A stretch of DNA of 64,000 bases from Pseudomonadota bacterium (GTDB taxonomy: Bacteria; Pseudomonadota; Gammaproteobacteria; Burkholderiales; Burkholderiaceae_C). The stretch lies in NCBI GenBank assembly GCA_031119395.1, contig JAVHYA010000009.1, positions 27,098-91,097 on the forward strand, written 5' to 3'. The first letter of the stretch is position 1; each line of letters starts with the position of its first letter. The position numbers and the translations under genes were made by a program. Shown here piece by piece: positions 21,571-30,504 of the stretch. The notes beneath the pieces are model-generated. The model worked only from the letters and a program-made list of their open reading frames with translations. It was not told where the DNA came from and ran no database searches.

Positions 21571-23580
21571 TCAGCTGGCCAGCAGCGACTTCGGCTGGGC
21601 CAGGCGGTCGGCGTGCATCCAGGCGCGGCGCAGCACGGCGGGCGAGCGCGACTCCTCGGGGATCAGCAGGAAGTTCGCTTCGCGCATGCTGGTCCCCAGC
21701 GCGATCTGGCTGGTCACGACGGCCATCGGAATGGCCAGCAGCAGGGGCAGGGCGACGGGCATCAGCCACACCAGGGCACTGGCGTCGATGAGGGCCACGG
21801 CCACACCCAGGGCCGCCACGATGCCGCTCATGGGCAGCAGGCGGGCGGCGGCTTCGCGCCACGGCACGGCGGCGGCTTCCCGCGGGGGCGACTTCCATTC
21901 CAGCTTGATGCCGGTCAGGGCCACGACCACGAAGAGCGAATGGGCCAGCATGCGCACGGGGGCCTGGACGATCGCCATGGCGCTCTCGAGCACGGCGCTC
22001 TTGAGCAGGCTGGCCACGCCGCCGTATTGCTTCTGCTCGCCGCGCATCAGCACGGCCGTGATGCCCAGGATGCGGGGCAGGAACAGCAGGCACAGGGTCC
22101 ACAGCCACAGGCCGGCCAGCTCCATCGGCATCACCATCCAGTGCTCGACCAGGCTCGAGCCGGTCAGCCACAGGGCGGTGCCCAGGGTCAGGAAGGCCAG
22201 CCACAGGGGTGCCGACACATAGGCCATGGTGCCGGTGACGAACATCGCGCGGTGGACCGGGGCGATGCCGGGTTCGGCCATCAGGCGGGCGTTCTGCAGG
22301 TTGCCCTGGCACCAGCGGCGGTCACGCTGCAGTTCGGCCAGCAGGTCCGGCGGTTGCTGCTCGTAGCTGCCGACCAGGTCGGACACCAGCCACACGTGGT
22401 AGCCGGCACGGCGCATCAGGGCGGCCTCGACGAAGTCGTGCGACATGATGCCGCCCGACATGCCGCCGGTGCCCTTGATCGGGGCCAGCGCGCAGTGCTT
22501 CATGAAGGGCTCGACGCGGATGATGGCGTTGTGGCCCCAGTAGTGCGACTCGCCGAGCTGCCAGAACTGCATGCCCAGGGTGAACAGGCGGCCGGTCACG
22601 CGGCTGGCGAACTGCTGGGCGCGGGCGTGCAGCGTCACGTGGCCGATGGCCTGCGTGGCGGTCTGGATGATGCCGGCGCTCGGGTTGGCTTCCATCAGCT
22701 TGACCATCGAGGTCAGGCAGTCGCCGCTCATCACGGAGTCGGCGTCGAGCACGACCATGTAGCGGTAGTCCTTGCCCCAGCGGCGGCAGAAGTCGGCCAC
22801 GTTGCCGGCCTTGCGGTGCGTGCGGCGGGTGCGCAGGCGGTAGTAGACCTCGACCTGCGGCTGGTTGGGGTGCTCGGCCAGGGCGGCGCGCAGCTCTTCC
22901 CAGGCGGCACGTTCGGCCTTGGCGATGTCGGGGTTGTAGCTGTCCGACAGCACGAACACGTCGAACTGCTGTGCGTGGCCGGTGTTGGCCACCGATTCGC
23001 AGGTGGCGCGCAGGCCGGCGAACACGGTGGCGACGTCCTCGTTGCAGATCGGCATGATGATCGCCGTGCGTGCCTCGGGGTTCATCGGATGATTCGCCAC
23101 CTGCTTGGCCGACAGCGCGTGCTTGTCGCCGCGCACCGAGACGTAGAAGCCCATCAGCGCCGTCACGAAGCCGGTCACGACCCAGCCGGAGAGCAGGCCG
23201 TACAGGCCGATCTGGCCGTACTCGAGCCAGAGGTTGTCGTAGTCGGGCTGCACCTGAGCGAACAGCGTCGAGGCCATCACCGTGCTGAGCAACGCCAGCA
23301 GCATGAAGACCGCGCGGCGCTGCTTGGCGGCGCGTTCCCAGGGCTGCTTCGGGAAATGCGCGACCTCGGGCGCCGACTGGCGGCCGCCCGCGCCGAGCTT
23401 GAGCAGCAGGGCCGTGCCGATGCTGTTCCAGAACCCGCGCCAGGGACGCGGCGTCATCGAGCCGCGGTTGACGGGCGGGGCCGTGACCGAGTTCGGGTGG
23501 CGCTCTTCGCGTACCGGGCTGCGGTGCGAGAAGTCGGCCGGGGTCAGGACCTTCAGCTGGGAGAATTCGTTCGGCTTCAT
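21571..23580 (-). CDS. opgH: Glucans biosynthesis glucosyltransferase H (GT2)
   Basis: IMPICNED, RKAGNVADFC, VLDADSVM, YWGHNAIIR, SHDFVEAALM, QRDRRWCQGN; GAAGGA RBS before MKPNEF. Confidence 0.93.
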   Translation of the reverse strand: MKPNEFSQLKVLTPADFSHRSPVREERHPNSVTAPPVNRGSMTPRPWRGFWNSIGTALLLKLGAGGRQSAPEVAHFPKQPWERAAKQRRAVFMLLALLSTVMASTLFAQVQPDYDNLWLEYGQIGLYGLLSGWVVTGFVTALMGFYVSVRGDKHALSAKQVANHPMNPEARTAIIMPICNEDVATVFAGLRATCESVANTGHAQQFDVFVLSDSYNPDIAKAERAAWEELRAALAEHPNQPQVEVYYRLRTRRTHRKAGNVADFCRRWGKDYRYMVVLDADSVMSGDCLTSMVKLMEANPSAGIIQTATQAIGHVTLHARAQQFASRVTGRLFTLGMQFWQLGESHYWGHNAIIRVEPFMKHCALAPIKGTGGMSGGIMSHDFVEAALMRRAGYHVWLVSDLVGSYEQQPPDLLAELQRDRRWCQGNLQNARLMAEPGIAPVHRAMFVTGTMAYVSAPLWLAFLTLGTALWLTGSSLVEHWMVMPMELAGLWLWTLCLLFLPRILGITAVLMRGEQKQYGGVASLLKSAVLESAMAIVQAPVRMLAHSLFVVVALTGIKLEWKSPPREAAAVPWREAAARLLPMSGIVAALGVAVALIDASALVWLMPVALPLLLAIPMAVVTSQIALGTSMREANFLLIPEESRSPAVLRRAWMHADRLAQPKSLLAS

Positions 23581-23594
23581 GGACGCAGTCCTTC

Positions 23595-23795
23595 TTACCA
23601 ACGTTGCTTGGACGAGGGGGTGTCGCCGATGGACGGGAAGCGCTTGAACACGCTGTCCGTGGCGTTGCCGTTCGCCGCGCTCAGCGCGCCGAGGGCCTGG
23701 CCGGCGGCGCGGGGCCGCGCGGCGTGAATGTGTTTCTGACGCGCGCCATCGCGCTGCGGACGCAGTGCGAAAGAGGGGCTGGTGAGAGTGCTCAT
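23595..23795 (-). CDS. Putative 66-aa small protein upstream of opgH
   Basis: MSTLTSPSFALRPQRDG...FKRFPSIGDTPSSKQRW; high GC3 in the distal two-thirds; ATG coincides with the predicted sigma54 +1. Confidence 0.5.
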   Translation of the reverse strand: MSTLTSPSFALRPQRDGARQKHIHAARPRAAGQALGALSAANGNATDSVFKRFPSIGDTPSSKQRW

Positions 23796-23806
23796 GCCCA
23801 CAAGGC

Positions 23807-23822
23807 TGCAAAGCCTGTGCCA
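23807..23822 (-). promoter_or_regulatory. Sigma54 -24/-12 promoter
   Basis: Minus strand TGGCACAGGCTTTGCA matches TGGCAC-N5-TTGCW exactly. Confidence 0.88.
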
Positions 23823-23841
23823 GAGCAGATTTCTCTTTTTA

Positions 23842-23854
23842 AATCAACGGCTTA
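23842..23854. promoter_or_regulatory. IHF binding site 1
   Basis: AATCAACGGCTTA matches WATCAA-N4-TTR, with an AT-rich flank. Confidence 0.72.
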
Positions 23855-23916
23855 GGCTGATTTTTCGGCCGTTTTTCGGCCCATTTCAGGGCTAACGGCC
23901 CGAAAGCCCCTGTTTT

Positions 23917-23934
23917 TGTCGCCGCAGCCCGACA
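23917..23934. promoter_or_regulatory. Candidate GlrR-type upstream activator site 1
   Basis: TGTC-GCCGCAGCCC-GACA (TGTC-N10-GACA). Confidence 0.7.
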
Positions 23935-23966
23935 GGTCCAGACCGGGGACGATCGATTTCCAATGA

Positions 23967-23979
23967 AATCAACAACTTA
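23967..23979. promoter_or_regulatory. IHF binding site 2
   Basis: AATCAACAACTTA matches WATCAA-N4-TTR. Confidence 0.72.
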
Positions 23980-23983
23980 GGCC

Positions 23984-24001
23984 TGTCGCTACTCGGCGAC
24001 A
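23984..24001. promoter_or_regulatory. Candidate GlrR-type upstream activator site 2, overlapping the glrR stop codon
   Basis: TGTCGC-TACTCG-GCGACA (TGTC-N10-GACA). Confidence 0.7.
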
Positions 24002-25398
24002 GCGTCGCCGGCCCCAGCGACACCCTCCGCCTTGAAATGGCCTGGAGTGAGTTCATGCTTCTGCAGCAGGCGGTAGAACTCCGTGCGGTTGCGGTCCGCC
24101 AGCCGCGCGGCATCGGCGACGTTGCCGTCGGTGAGTTTCAGCAGGCCTACGAGGTATTCGCGTTCGAAGCGCTGCTTGGCCTCGGCGTAGGTCTGCACTT
24201 CGACGGACGGCACCCGCAGGGCGCGCTGGACCAGCGCCAGCGGGATCAGCGGCGAACTCGACAGCGCGCACACCTGCTCGACCACGTTGAACAGCTGTCG
24301 GACGTTGCCCGGCCAGGGAGCGGTGGTCAGCGCCTTCAGCGCCTCGGGGGCGAAGCCCGACAGCCGCTTGCCGTACTTGCCGGCCAGGCGCTGCAGGAAG
24401 TGGTTGGCCAGCAGCGGGATGTCCTCCCGGCGCTGCGCCAGCGTCGGCAGCGTGAGGGTGACGACGTTCAGGCGGTAGTACAGGTCCTCGCGGAACTGGC
24501 CGCTCTCCATCGCCACGTCCAGGTCGCGGTGTGTCGCCGAGATGATGCGCACGTCGACCGGGAAGGTCTGCGTCGACCCCACCGGTCGAACGGCCCGCTC
24601 CTGCAGCACCCGCAGCAGCTTGACCTGCAGGGCCGGCGGCATGTCGCCGATCTCGTCGAGCAGCAGCGTGCCGCCGTCGGCCTGCTGGAACAGGCCCTTG
24701 TGGTTGGCATGCGCGTCGGTGAAGGCGCCCTTGACGTGGCCGAACAGCTCCGATTCGAGCAGCGCTTCCGGAATGGCGCCGCAATTGACGGCGACGAAGG
24801 GCTTCTTGGCCCGGTCGCTGGCTTTGTGGATGGCGCGCGCCAGCACCTCCTTGCCGGCACCGGAGTCGCCGCGCAGCAGCACGCTGGCGTCGGTCTTGGC
24901 CACCATGCGGGCCTCGGCCAGCACCTCGGCCATCCGGCTGGAGCGGCTGACGATCTCGCTGCGCCAGCTTTCGTCGCCCGCCGCGGCCGGCGTGGCTGCG
25001 GGCGCGCCCAGCGCCAGCGCCTGCTGGATCTTGTCGAGCAGCTCGCGCGCCTCGTAGGGCTTGGTGAGGTAGGTGAACACGCCGCGCGCCGTCGCCTCCA
25101 CCGCATCGGGGATCGTGCCGTGCGCGGTGAGCAGGATGACGGGCAGCGTCGGGTGCCGCTTGCGGATCTCGTCGAACAGCTGCAGCCCGTCGCGTCCCGG
25201 CAGCTTGACGTCGCTGAGCACGAGGCGCGGGTGCTCGATTTCCAGTTGCGTGAGGGCCGACTCCGCCGAGGTCACGGCCGTGACCTGGTAGCCCGCGCCC
25301 TGCAGGCGCAGCGACAGCAGGCGCAGCAGGTCGGCGTCGTCGTCGACGACCAGGATGCGGGCGCCGTTGCCGGGCGACGCTGCGGGCGAGTCGGCCAT
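23989..25398 (-). CDS. glrR: Sigma54-dependent response regulator (GlrR/QseF-like)
   Basis: Receiver (ILVVDDD, LTAHGTIPDAVEAT); AAA+ GDSGAGKE, ELFGHVKGAFTDA, LLDEIG, WPGNVRQL; C-terminal HTH GNVADAARLADRNRTEFYRLL. Confidence 0.88.
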   Translation of the reverse strand: MADSPAASPGNGARILVVDDDADLLRLLSLRLQGAGYQVTAVTSAESALTQLEIEHPRLVLSDVKLPGRDGLQLFDEIRKRHPTLPVILLTAHGTIPDAVEATARGVFTYLTKPYEARELLDKIQQALALGAPAATPAAAGDESWRSEIVSRSSRMAEVLAEARMVAKTDASVLLRGDSGAGKEVLARAIHKASDRAKKPFVAVNCGAIPEALLESELFGHVKGAFTDAHANHKGLFQQADGGTLLLDEIGDMPPALQVKLLRVLQERAVRPVGSTQTFPVDVRIISATHRDLDVAMESGQFREDLYYRLNVVTLTLPTLAQRREDIPLLANHFLQRLAGKYGKRLSGFAPEALKALTTAPWPGNVRQLFNVVEQVCALSSSPLIPLALVQRALRVPSVEVQTYAEAKQRFEREYLVGLLKLTDGNVADAARLADRNRTEFYRLLQKHELTPGHFKAEGVAGAGDAVAE

Positions 25399-25408
25399 CC
25401 GGTCGTCC

Positions 25409-26062
25409 TCAGGGTTTGGTGCCGTTGGGCGCCGGCACGGGCGCCGGCGCCGGTGCGGCCGGGCGGCTGAAGCTGCGCTCGATGGCGCGCAGCGCCTCGA
25501 TGCGGTCGTTGAGCTGGTCGATGCGGCGCTGCGCGTCGCGCAGCTGCTGCACCTGGCGATCGCGGTCGTCCTCCACGCGGCGCTGCTCCAGGTAGCGGGA
25601 GGCGAGCAGCCGCGCCAGCGGCTGCAGGGCCAGGCCATCGGTGGTGTTGTTCGCGGCGACACGCTGCATGAGTCCCAGGGCGCGCGCGAGGTCGGGCGAG
25701 GAACGCGTCTGCGCCAGCGCCAGGCCCAGCTGCATCTGCAGCGCGGGCGTGTCGCCCGGCTCGCCCAGCCGGTTGATCTCGGCCTGCAGGTCGTTGGAGG
25801 ACAGCCCGCGGACGCGGTCGGCATAGGACAGCATGGCGCCGACAGGGCCGGGCGAGGGCGGCATCAGCTGGGTTGCCGGTGCCCTCGGTTCTGCCTCCAC
25901 GGGCAGGATGGGGGGCGGCGCGGCAGGCGCTGGCGCGGGGGCTGGCGCAGCCGCCGGGGCGGGGGCGGGAGCGGGCGGAGCGGGAGTGGCGCAGCCCACC
26001 AGCAGCAGCGGCACGGCCAGTGCCACGGCGGCGGAGGATCTGCGGGCGATCGGATGCAGCAT
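25409..26062 (-). CDS. Lipoprotein between the sensor kinase and regulator (QseG/YfhG-like)
   Basis: Lipobox LVGC; Pro/Ala linker; C-terminal coiled coil ending IEALRAIERS; kinase-lipoprotein-regulator gene order. Confidence 0.75.
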   Translation of the reverse strand: MLHPIARRSSAAVALAVPLLLVGCATPAPPAPAPAPAAAPAPAPAPAAPPPILPVEAEPRAPATQLMPPSPGPVGAMLSYADRVRGLSSNDLQAEINRLGEPGDTPALQMQLGLALAQTRSSPDLARALGLMQRVAANNTTDGLALQPLARLLASRYLEQRRVEDDRDRQVQQLRDAQRRIDQLNDRIEALRAIERSFSRPAAPAPAPVPAPNGTKP

Positions 26063-26080
26063 GGTGTGGGAAAGGGGGGC

Positions 26081-27520
26081 TCAGGCGGAGCGCGGCAGTT
26101 CGATGCGAAAACGTGCACCAGGGCCATCGGACGCGCTGTTGTTCAGCAATTCGATCCGGCCGCCATGGGCTGCAATGTACTCCTGCACGATGGACAGGCC
26201 GATGCCAGTGCCTTTCACGGCGTGCTCGGGCTGACGCTCGCCGCGGAAGAAGGGCTCGAAGATGCGGTCGCGGTCCTCGGCGGCGATGCCCGGCCCGGCG
26301 TCGGCCACCTCGATGATGGCCAGGTCGGCCGTGCTGGAGACGGTGAACTGGATCGTGCCGCCGCGCGCCGAGAAACGGATGGCGTTGGACAGCAGGTTGG
26401 CCAGCACGGTGCCGATCTTCACCGGGTCCACCACCACCGAGATCGGTTCGCCTTCGGCGCGCACCGTCAGGCCCTGCGCCTGCCACTGCAGGCGCTGCGC
26501 CTCGATCTGCTGCTCGATCAGCGGCAGCAGCGGCGTGCGCTGGCGGCTGAGCTGGCGGGCCTCGAAGGCGGCGGCATTGAAGCGCAACAGCGCCTCGATC
26601 TGCCCCTGCAGCGCCAGCGTGTTCTGGTTCAGGATCTGCGCCACCTCGCGCTGCGCGGGCGTGAGCGCGCCGGTCACGCCGTCCTCCAGCAGCGACACGC
26701 CCTCGCGCAGTGCGGCCAGCGGCGTCTTGAGTTCATGCGAGACGTGCCGCAGGAAGCGTGCCTTGTCGGCGTCCAGTTCCATCAGCCGCAGCCGCAGCCA
26801 GTCCAGCTCCTGCGACACGCGCCGCACGTCGGCCGGGCCGCGGATGTCGATGGGCTCCTCGAGCCGGTTCTCGCCCAGGCCGTGGATCGCGCGTTCCAGC
26901 CGTTTGAAGGGCCGTGCCAGCCAGATGCCGAAGGCCAGCGCCATCGCGATCGCCAGGCCGCTGGCCGCGATCACCTGCTGCATCAGGCGGCGGCGCGCGC
27001 GCTCCAGCCGCTCGGCCAGGGCGTTGTTCTGCGTCTCGATGAGGAACTGCGCCTGCTGCGCGATCTGGGTGTTGAGGGTGTCCAGTTCGCGGAACTGGAT
27101 CGCCATCGAGCCCTCGCGCGAGAGGGCGGTGTCCTGCGGCCCGTTCATCAGGCCTTCGATCACGCCGAGCTGCGAGCGCCACTGCTCGGCCGATTGCGGC
27201 AGCAGGCCGTTGTCGACCAGCCGCTGCACCACGGCCTGCGCATCGCGCGCCGCGTCGTTGAAGCGGCGGCGCAGCACGGCGTCGTTGAGCACCAGCGACT
27301 GGCGGCCCGAGCGCTCCATGGCCGCGCTGCGCTCGGCCAGCGTCTGCGCCGCACCCGACAGCTGCAACGCGCTGCGCGCGGCATCACGGCTTTGCACGAT
27401 CAGCTTGTCGTACTGCGACATGGCGCGCAACACCACGCCCAGCAGGAGCGCGGTGATGAGCAGGAAGGCGAAGAGCAGCAGCTGCTGGAAGGAACCGCGC
27501 GCGCGGTGACGGGTGGGCAT
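26081..27520 (-). CDS. glrK: Sensor histidine kinase (GlrK/QseE-like)
   Basis: Two TM segments and a HAMP domain; RHVSHELKTPL; NLLSNAIRF, DAGPGI, FEPFFRG, GTGIGL. Confidence 0.88.
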   Translation of the reverse strand: MPTRHRARGSFQQLLLFAFLLITALLLGVVLRAMSQYDKLIVQSRDAARSALQLSGAAQTLAERSAAMERSGRQSLVLNDAVLRRRFNDAARDAQAVVQRLVDNGLLPQSAEQWRSQLGVIEGLMNGPQDTALSREGSMAIQFRELDTLNTQIAQQAQFLIETQNNALAERLERARRRLMQQVIAASGLAIAMALAFGIWLARPFKRLERAIHGLGENRLEEPIDIRGPADVRRVSQELDWLRLRLMELDADKARFLRHVSHELKTPLAALREGVSLLEDGVTGALTPAQREVAQILNQNTLALQGQIEALLRFNAAAFEARQLSRQRTPLLPLIEQQIEAQRLQWQAQGLTVRAEGEPISVVVDPVKIGTVLANLLSNAIRFSARGGTIQFTVSSTADLAIIEVADAGPGIAAEDRDRIFEPFFRGERQPEHAVKGTGIGLSIVQEYIAAHGGRIELLNNSASDGPGARFRIELPRSA

Positions 27521-27554
27521 CAGGAGCGGTGTGGTGCGTTCGGCTGTGCGTATC

Positions 27555-28907
27555 TCATGCCAGCTCGCCGCGCAGCGTGTGCGACAGCGAGCGGGTGATC
27601 TTCACGTCCACCATCCGCCCGACCGTGTGCGCGGGGGCCTCGAAGTTGACGACGCGGAAGCAGTCGGTGCGGCCCATCATCTCGGCGGCGTTCTTCTTCG
27701 ACGGCCCTTCCACGAGGATGCGCTGCGTCGTGCCGACCAGCGTGTCGGACAGACGCCTGACGTTGTCGTCGATGGTCTTCTGCAGGTGCTGCAGGCGCTG
27801 GAGCTTGACTTCGTGCGGCGTGTCGTCGTGCAGCTGCGCGGCCGGCGTGCCGGGGCGGGGGCTGAAGATGAAGCTGAAGCTGGCGTCGAAGCCGACGTCC
27901 TCGATCAGCTTCATCATCCGTGCGAAGTCGTCGTCGGTCTCGCCCGGGAAGCCGACGATGAAGTCGCTGGACAGCGCCAGTTGCGGACGGATCGCGCGCA
28001 GCTTGCGGATCGTGCTCTTGTATTCCATGGCGGTGTAGCCCCGCTTCATCGCCATCAGGATGCGGTCGCTGCCGTGCTGCACCGGCAGGTGCAGGTGGCT
28101 CACCAGTTGCGGCACCTTGGCGTAGGCCTCGATCAGCCGCGGCGTGAACTCGTTCGGATGGCTCGTGGTGTAGCGGATGCGCTCGATGCCCGGGATCTCG
28201 GCGATGTACTCGATGAGCAGCGCGAAGTCGGCGATCTCGGCCAGTCCTTCACCGGCTGCGCCGTGGCCCATCCGGCCGCGGTAGGCGTTCACGTTCTGGC
28301 CCAGCAGCGTGATCTCGCGCACGCCCTGGTCGGCCAGGCCCGCCACCTCCACCAGCACGTCGTCCAGGGGGCGATTCACCTCTTCGCCGCGGGTGTAGGG
28401 CACCACGCAGTAGCTGCAGTACTTGGAGCAGCCTTCCATGATCGACACGTAGGCCGTCGCACCCTCGACGCGCGCCGGCGGCAGGTGGTCGAACTTCTCG
28501 ATCTCGGGGAAGGAGATGTCCACCTGCGGGCGCTTCTCGGCCTCGCGCCGCGCCAGCATCTCGGGCAGGCGGTGCAGCGTCTGCGGACCGAACACCACGT
28601 CCACATAGGGCGCGCGCTGGATGATGGCGTCGCCCTCCTGGCTGGCGACGCAGCCGCCGACGCCGATCTTCACGCCCTTGGCCTTCAGGTGCTGGACGCG
28701 GCCGAGGTCCGAGAAGACCTTTTCCTGCGCCTTCTCGCGCACCGAGCAGGTGTTGAAGAGGATCAGGTCGGCTTCCTCCACGTCCTGCGTGGGCGTGTAG
28801 CCCTCGGCGGCGGCGAGCAGGTCGGCCATCTTGTCCGAGTCGTACTCGTTCATCTGGCAGCCGAAGGTCTTGATGAAGACCTTGCGGGAAGGGGTGGAGG
28901 TGGTCAT
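27555..28907 (-). CDS. miaB: tRNA methylthiotransferase MiaB
   Basis: [29 protein letters not shown] (radical SAM), [11 protein letters not shown]; TRAM domain. Confidence 0.98.
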   Translation of the reverse strand: MTTSTPSRKVFIKTFGCQMNEYDSDKMADLLAAAEGYTPTQDVEEADLILFNTCSVREKAQEKVFSDLGRVQHLKAKGVKIGVGGCVASQEGDAIIQRAPYVDVVFGPQTLHRLPEMLARREAEKRPQVDISFPEIEKFDHLPPARVEGATAYVSIMEGCSKYCSYCVVPYTRGEEVNRPLDDVLVEVAGLADQGVREITLLGQNVNAYRGRMGHGAAGEGLAEIADFALLIEYIAEIPGIERIRYTTSHPNEFTPRLIEAYAKVPQLVSHLHLPVQHGSDRILMAMKRGYTAMEYKSTIRKLRAIRPQLALSSDFIVGFPGETDDDFARMMKLIEDVGFDASFSFIFSPRPGTPAAQLHDDTPHEVKLQRLQHLQKTIDDNVRRLSDTLVGTTQRILVEGPSKKNAAEMMGRTDCFRVVNFEAPAHTVGRMVDVKITRSLSHTLRGELA

Positions 28908-28921
28908 GGTGCAACTCCCGT

Positions 28922-28985
28922 TGCTATGGAATCAATAGCTGCTCGCGCCCGTACGGCGGGCGCTGCGGCCACTTTTGGCTTGAAA
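28922..28985 (+). repeat. REP-like family A copy upstream of miaB
   Basis: TGCTATGGAATCAATAGCTGCTCGCGCCCGTACGGCGGGCGCTGCGGCCACTTTTGGCTTGAAA. Confidence 0.87.
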
Positions 28986-29002
28986 AAAAGGAGTGGCGCG
29001 GC

Positions 29003-29464
29003 TCAGCGCGCCTCGTTCTCGGCGGCGGAGACGAAGGGCCAGAAGTTCAGGAACGGCTTGTTCAGCTGCGCACGCTCGGCGCTGGCTTCGGTGGGCGTGA
29101 GGATCCACACGTCGCTCACCAGCCCGGCCGCGTCGCGGCGGTAGTTCACCGCCAGATACTGGCCGGTGATGGTGGCCGGCTGGATGATCATGTTCTGCGT
29201 GTTGCGGATGCGCGCGCCGGGCGCCAGCCGTTCGGCGACGCCGTCGAGCTGCATCTCGGGGAAGCCGGTCACCACCATCTTCCCGCGCAGGGTGTTGATC
29301 GGGAAGTTGCGCCCGCCCAGGGCGGCTTCGTTCTGCGTCTGCGGGATCGGGTTCTGCGCCCAGGCATTCAGGCCGAAAAGGCCTGCAGCGCCCGCCAGCA
29401 TTGCGCGGGCAGCTATGGTTTTGAGAGCAATGGGGACGGTGGGGCAGCGGTTCATGGGGTTCAT
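29003..29464 (-). CDS. Exported hypothetical protein whose signal peptide is repeat-encoded
   Basis: Signal-like ALKTIAARAMLAGAAGLFGLNAWA; globular C-terminal part with normal codon bias. Confidence 0.75.
   Translation of the reverse strand: MNPMNRCPTVPIALKTIAARAMLAGAAGLFGLNAWAQNPIPQTQNEAALGGRNFPINTLRGKMVVTGFPEMQLDGVAERLAPGARIRNTQNMIIQPATITGQYLAVNYRRDAAGLVSDVWILTPTEASAERAQLNKPFLNFWPFVSAAENEAR
29367..29429 (-). repeat. REP-like family A copy encoding a signal peptide
   Basis: Minus strand TGCTCTCAAAACCATAGCTGCCCGCGCAATGCTGGCGGGCGCTGCAGGCCTTTTCGGCCTGAA. Confidence 0.85.
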
Positions 29465-29538
29465 CCAGAGGCTGGCAGGCCGGCAATTCTAGGCGCCGCC
29501 CCCGGGCGGCATCCCCGCCCCGCGTCTGCCGCCGGCCC

Positions 29539-30462
29539 TCAGCCGGCCGCCATGTCGGGCAGCGCGCCCTTCGCTGCCGGCACCAGGATCCGCTGCACCG
29601 GCGGCGCTCCGGTGGCCGGCCGGGACGCCGGCCGGCCGCTGGCCACGCGCCGCACCCAGTCGCCGACCTCGTCCAGGAAGGTCTGCTGGCTCTGCAGCGA
29701 GGTCAGCGTGTGGTCGATCTCGCCGATGAAGCGGTATTCGAGCTGCCTGGCGAAGGGCTCGGCGGCCACGGGCCCGAGCTGGTCGCGCCCCAGGTCGCGC
29801 ACATGCAGCGTGCCGGTGTACATCACGAACACGGCCACGCCACGCTCGACCAGCTGCCGGACGGTATTGGTGAAGTAGCGCCGGGTTTCCTCGATCGGCT
29901 CGTCGTCGAAGAGCTGTGCCGAGGGCTGCTTGGGGCCCAGCTTGCGCCGCAGCCAGCGCCCGACCTTGCCGTACACCGAGGCATTGCCCGCCAGCGCCAG
30001 CATGCGGCGCAGGTTGCGCTCCATGCGCGCGCGCCGGCCGGGGAAGGCGTAGCTGTCGAACATGAAGAGCCCGACCACGCGCGGATCCACCTCCGCCAGC
30101 GACAGGCCGCGCCCGCCGCCCGAGCACAGGCCGATGACGATGAAGCGCTGGATGCCCAGCGTCGTCTCCAGCAGCTTCATGGCGGCCTGCAGGTCCAGCA
30201 CCGCCTGCTGCGTGAAGCGCTCCTGCCCCTTGGGGGCGCTGCTGTCGCCGAGCCCGGACAGGTCCATGCGCAGGCTGCTGATGCCGTGCTGCGCCAGGTG
30301 GCGCGCAAGCTTCACGTTGATGCGCCGCGGCCCGATGCGGTAGCCCGCTCCCATGTTCAGCATCAGGCACGCCACGGGCGCGGTGTCGCCGCTGGCGGGC
30401 GTGGTCACCATGCCCATCAGCGGGGCGTCTTCGGCGCCGAACAGAATCGGGAACTCTTTCAT
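29539..30462 (-). CDS. Alpha/beta-hydrolase (exosortase-system hydrolase-1-like)
   Basis: SLRMDLSGLGDS; elbow IGLCSGG; C-terminal EIDHTL. Confidence 0.8.
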   Translation of the reverse strand: MKEFPILFGAEDAPLMGMVTTPASGDTAPVACLMLNMGAGYRIGPRRINVKLARHLAQHGISSLRMDLSGLGDSSAPKGQERFTQQAVLDLQAAMKLLETTLGIQRFIVIGLCSGGGRGLSLAEVDPRVVGLFMFDSYAFPGRRARMERNLRRMLALAGNASVYGKVGRWLRRKLGPKQPSAQLFDDEPIEETRRYFTNTVRQLVERGVAVFVMYTGTLHVRDLGRDQLGPVAAEPFARQLEYRFIGEIDHTLTSLQSQQTFLDEVGDWVRRVASGRPASRPATGAPPVQRILVPAAKGALPDMAAG

Positions 30463-30504
30463 GTTTCGAATCCTCGTGGGCTTGGTGTGCGGCGGACGTC
30501 GGTT

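Noticed and set aside
28245-28275. Extra residues (HGAAGEGL) in MiaB
   Set aside because: A short variable loop with no hairpin or match to the repeats.
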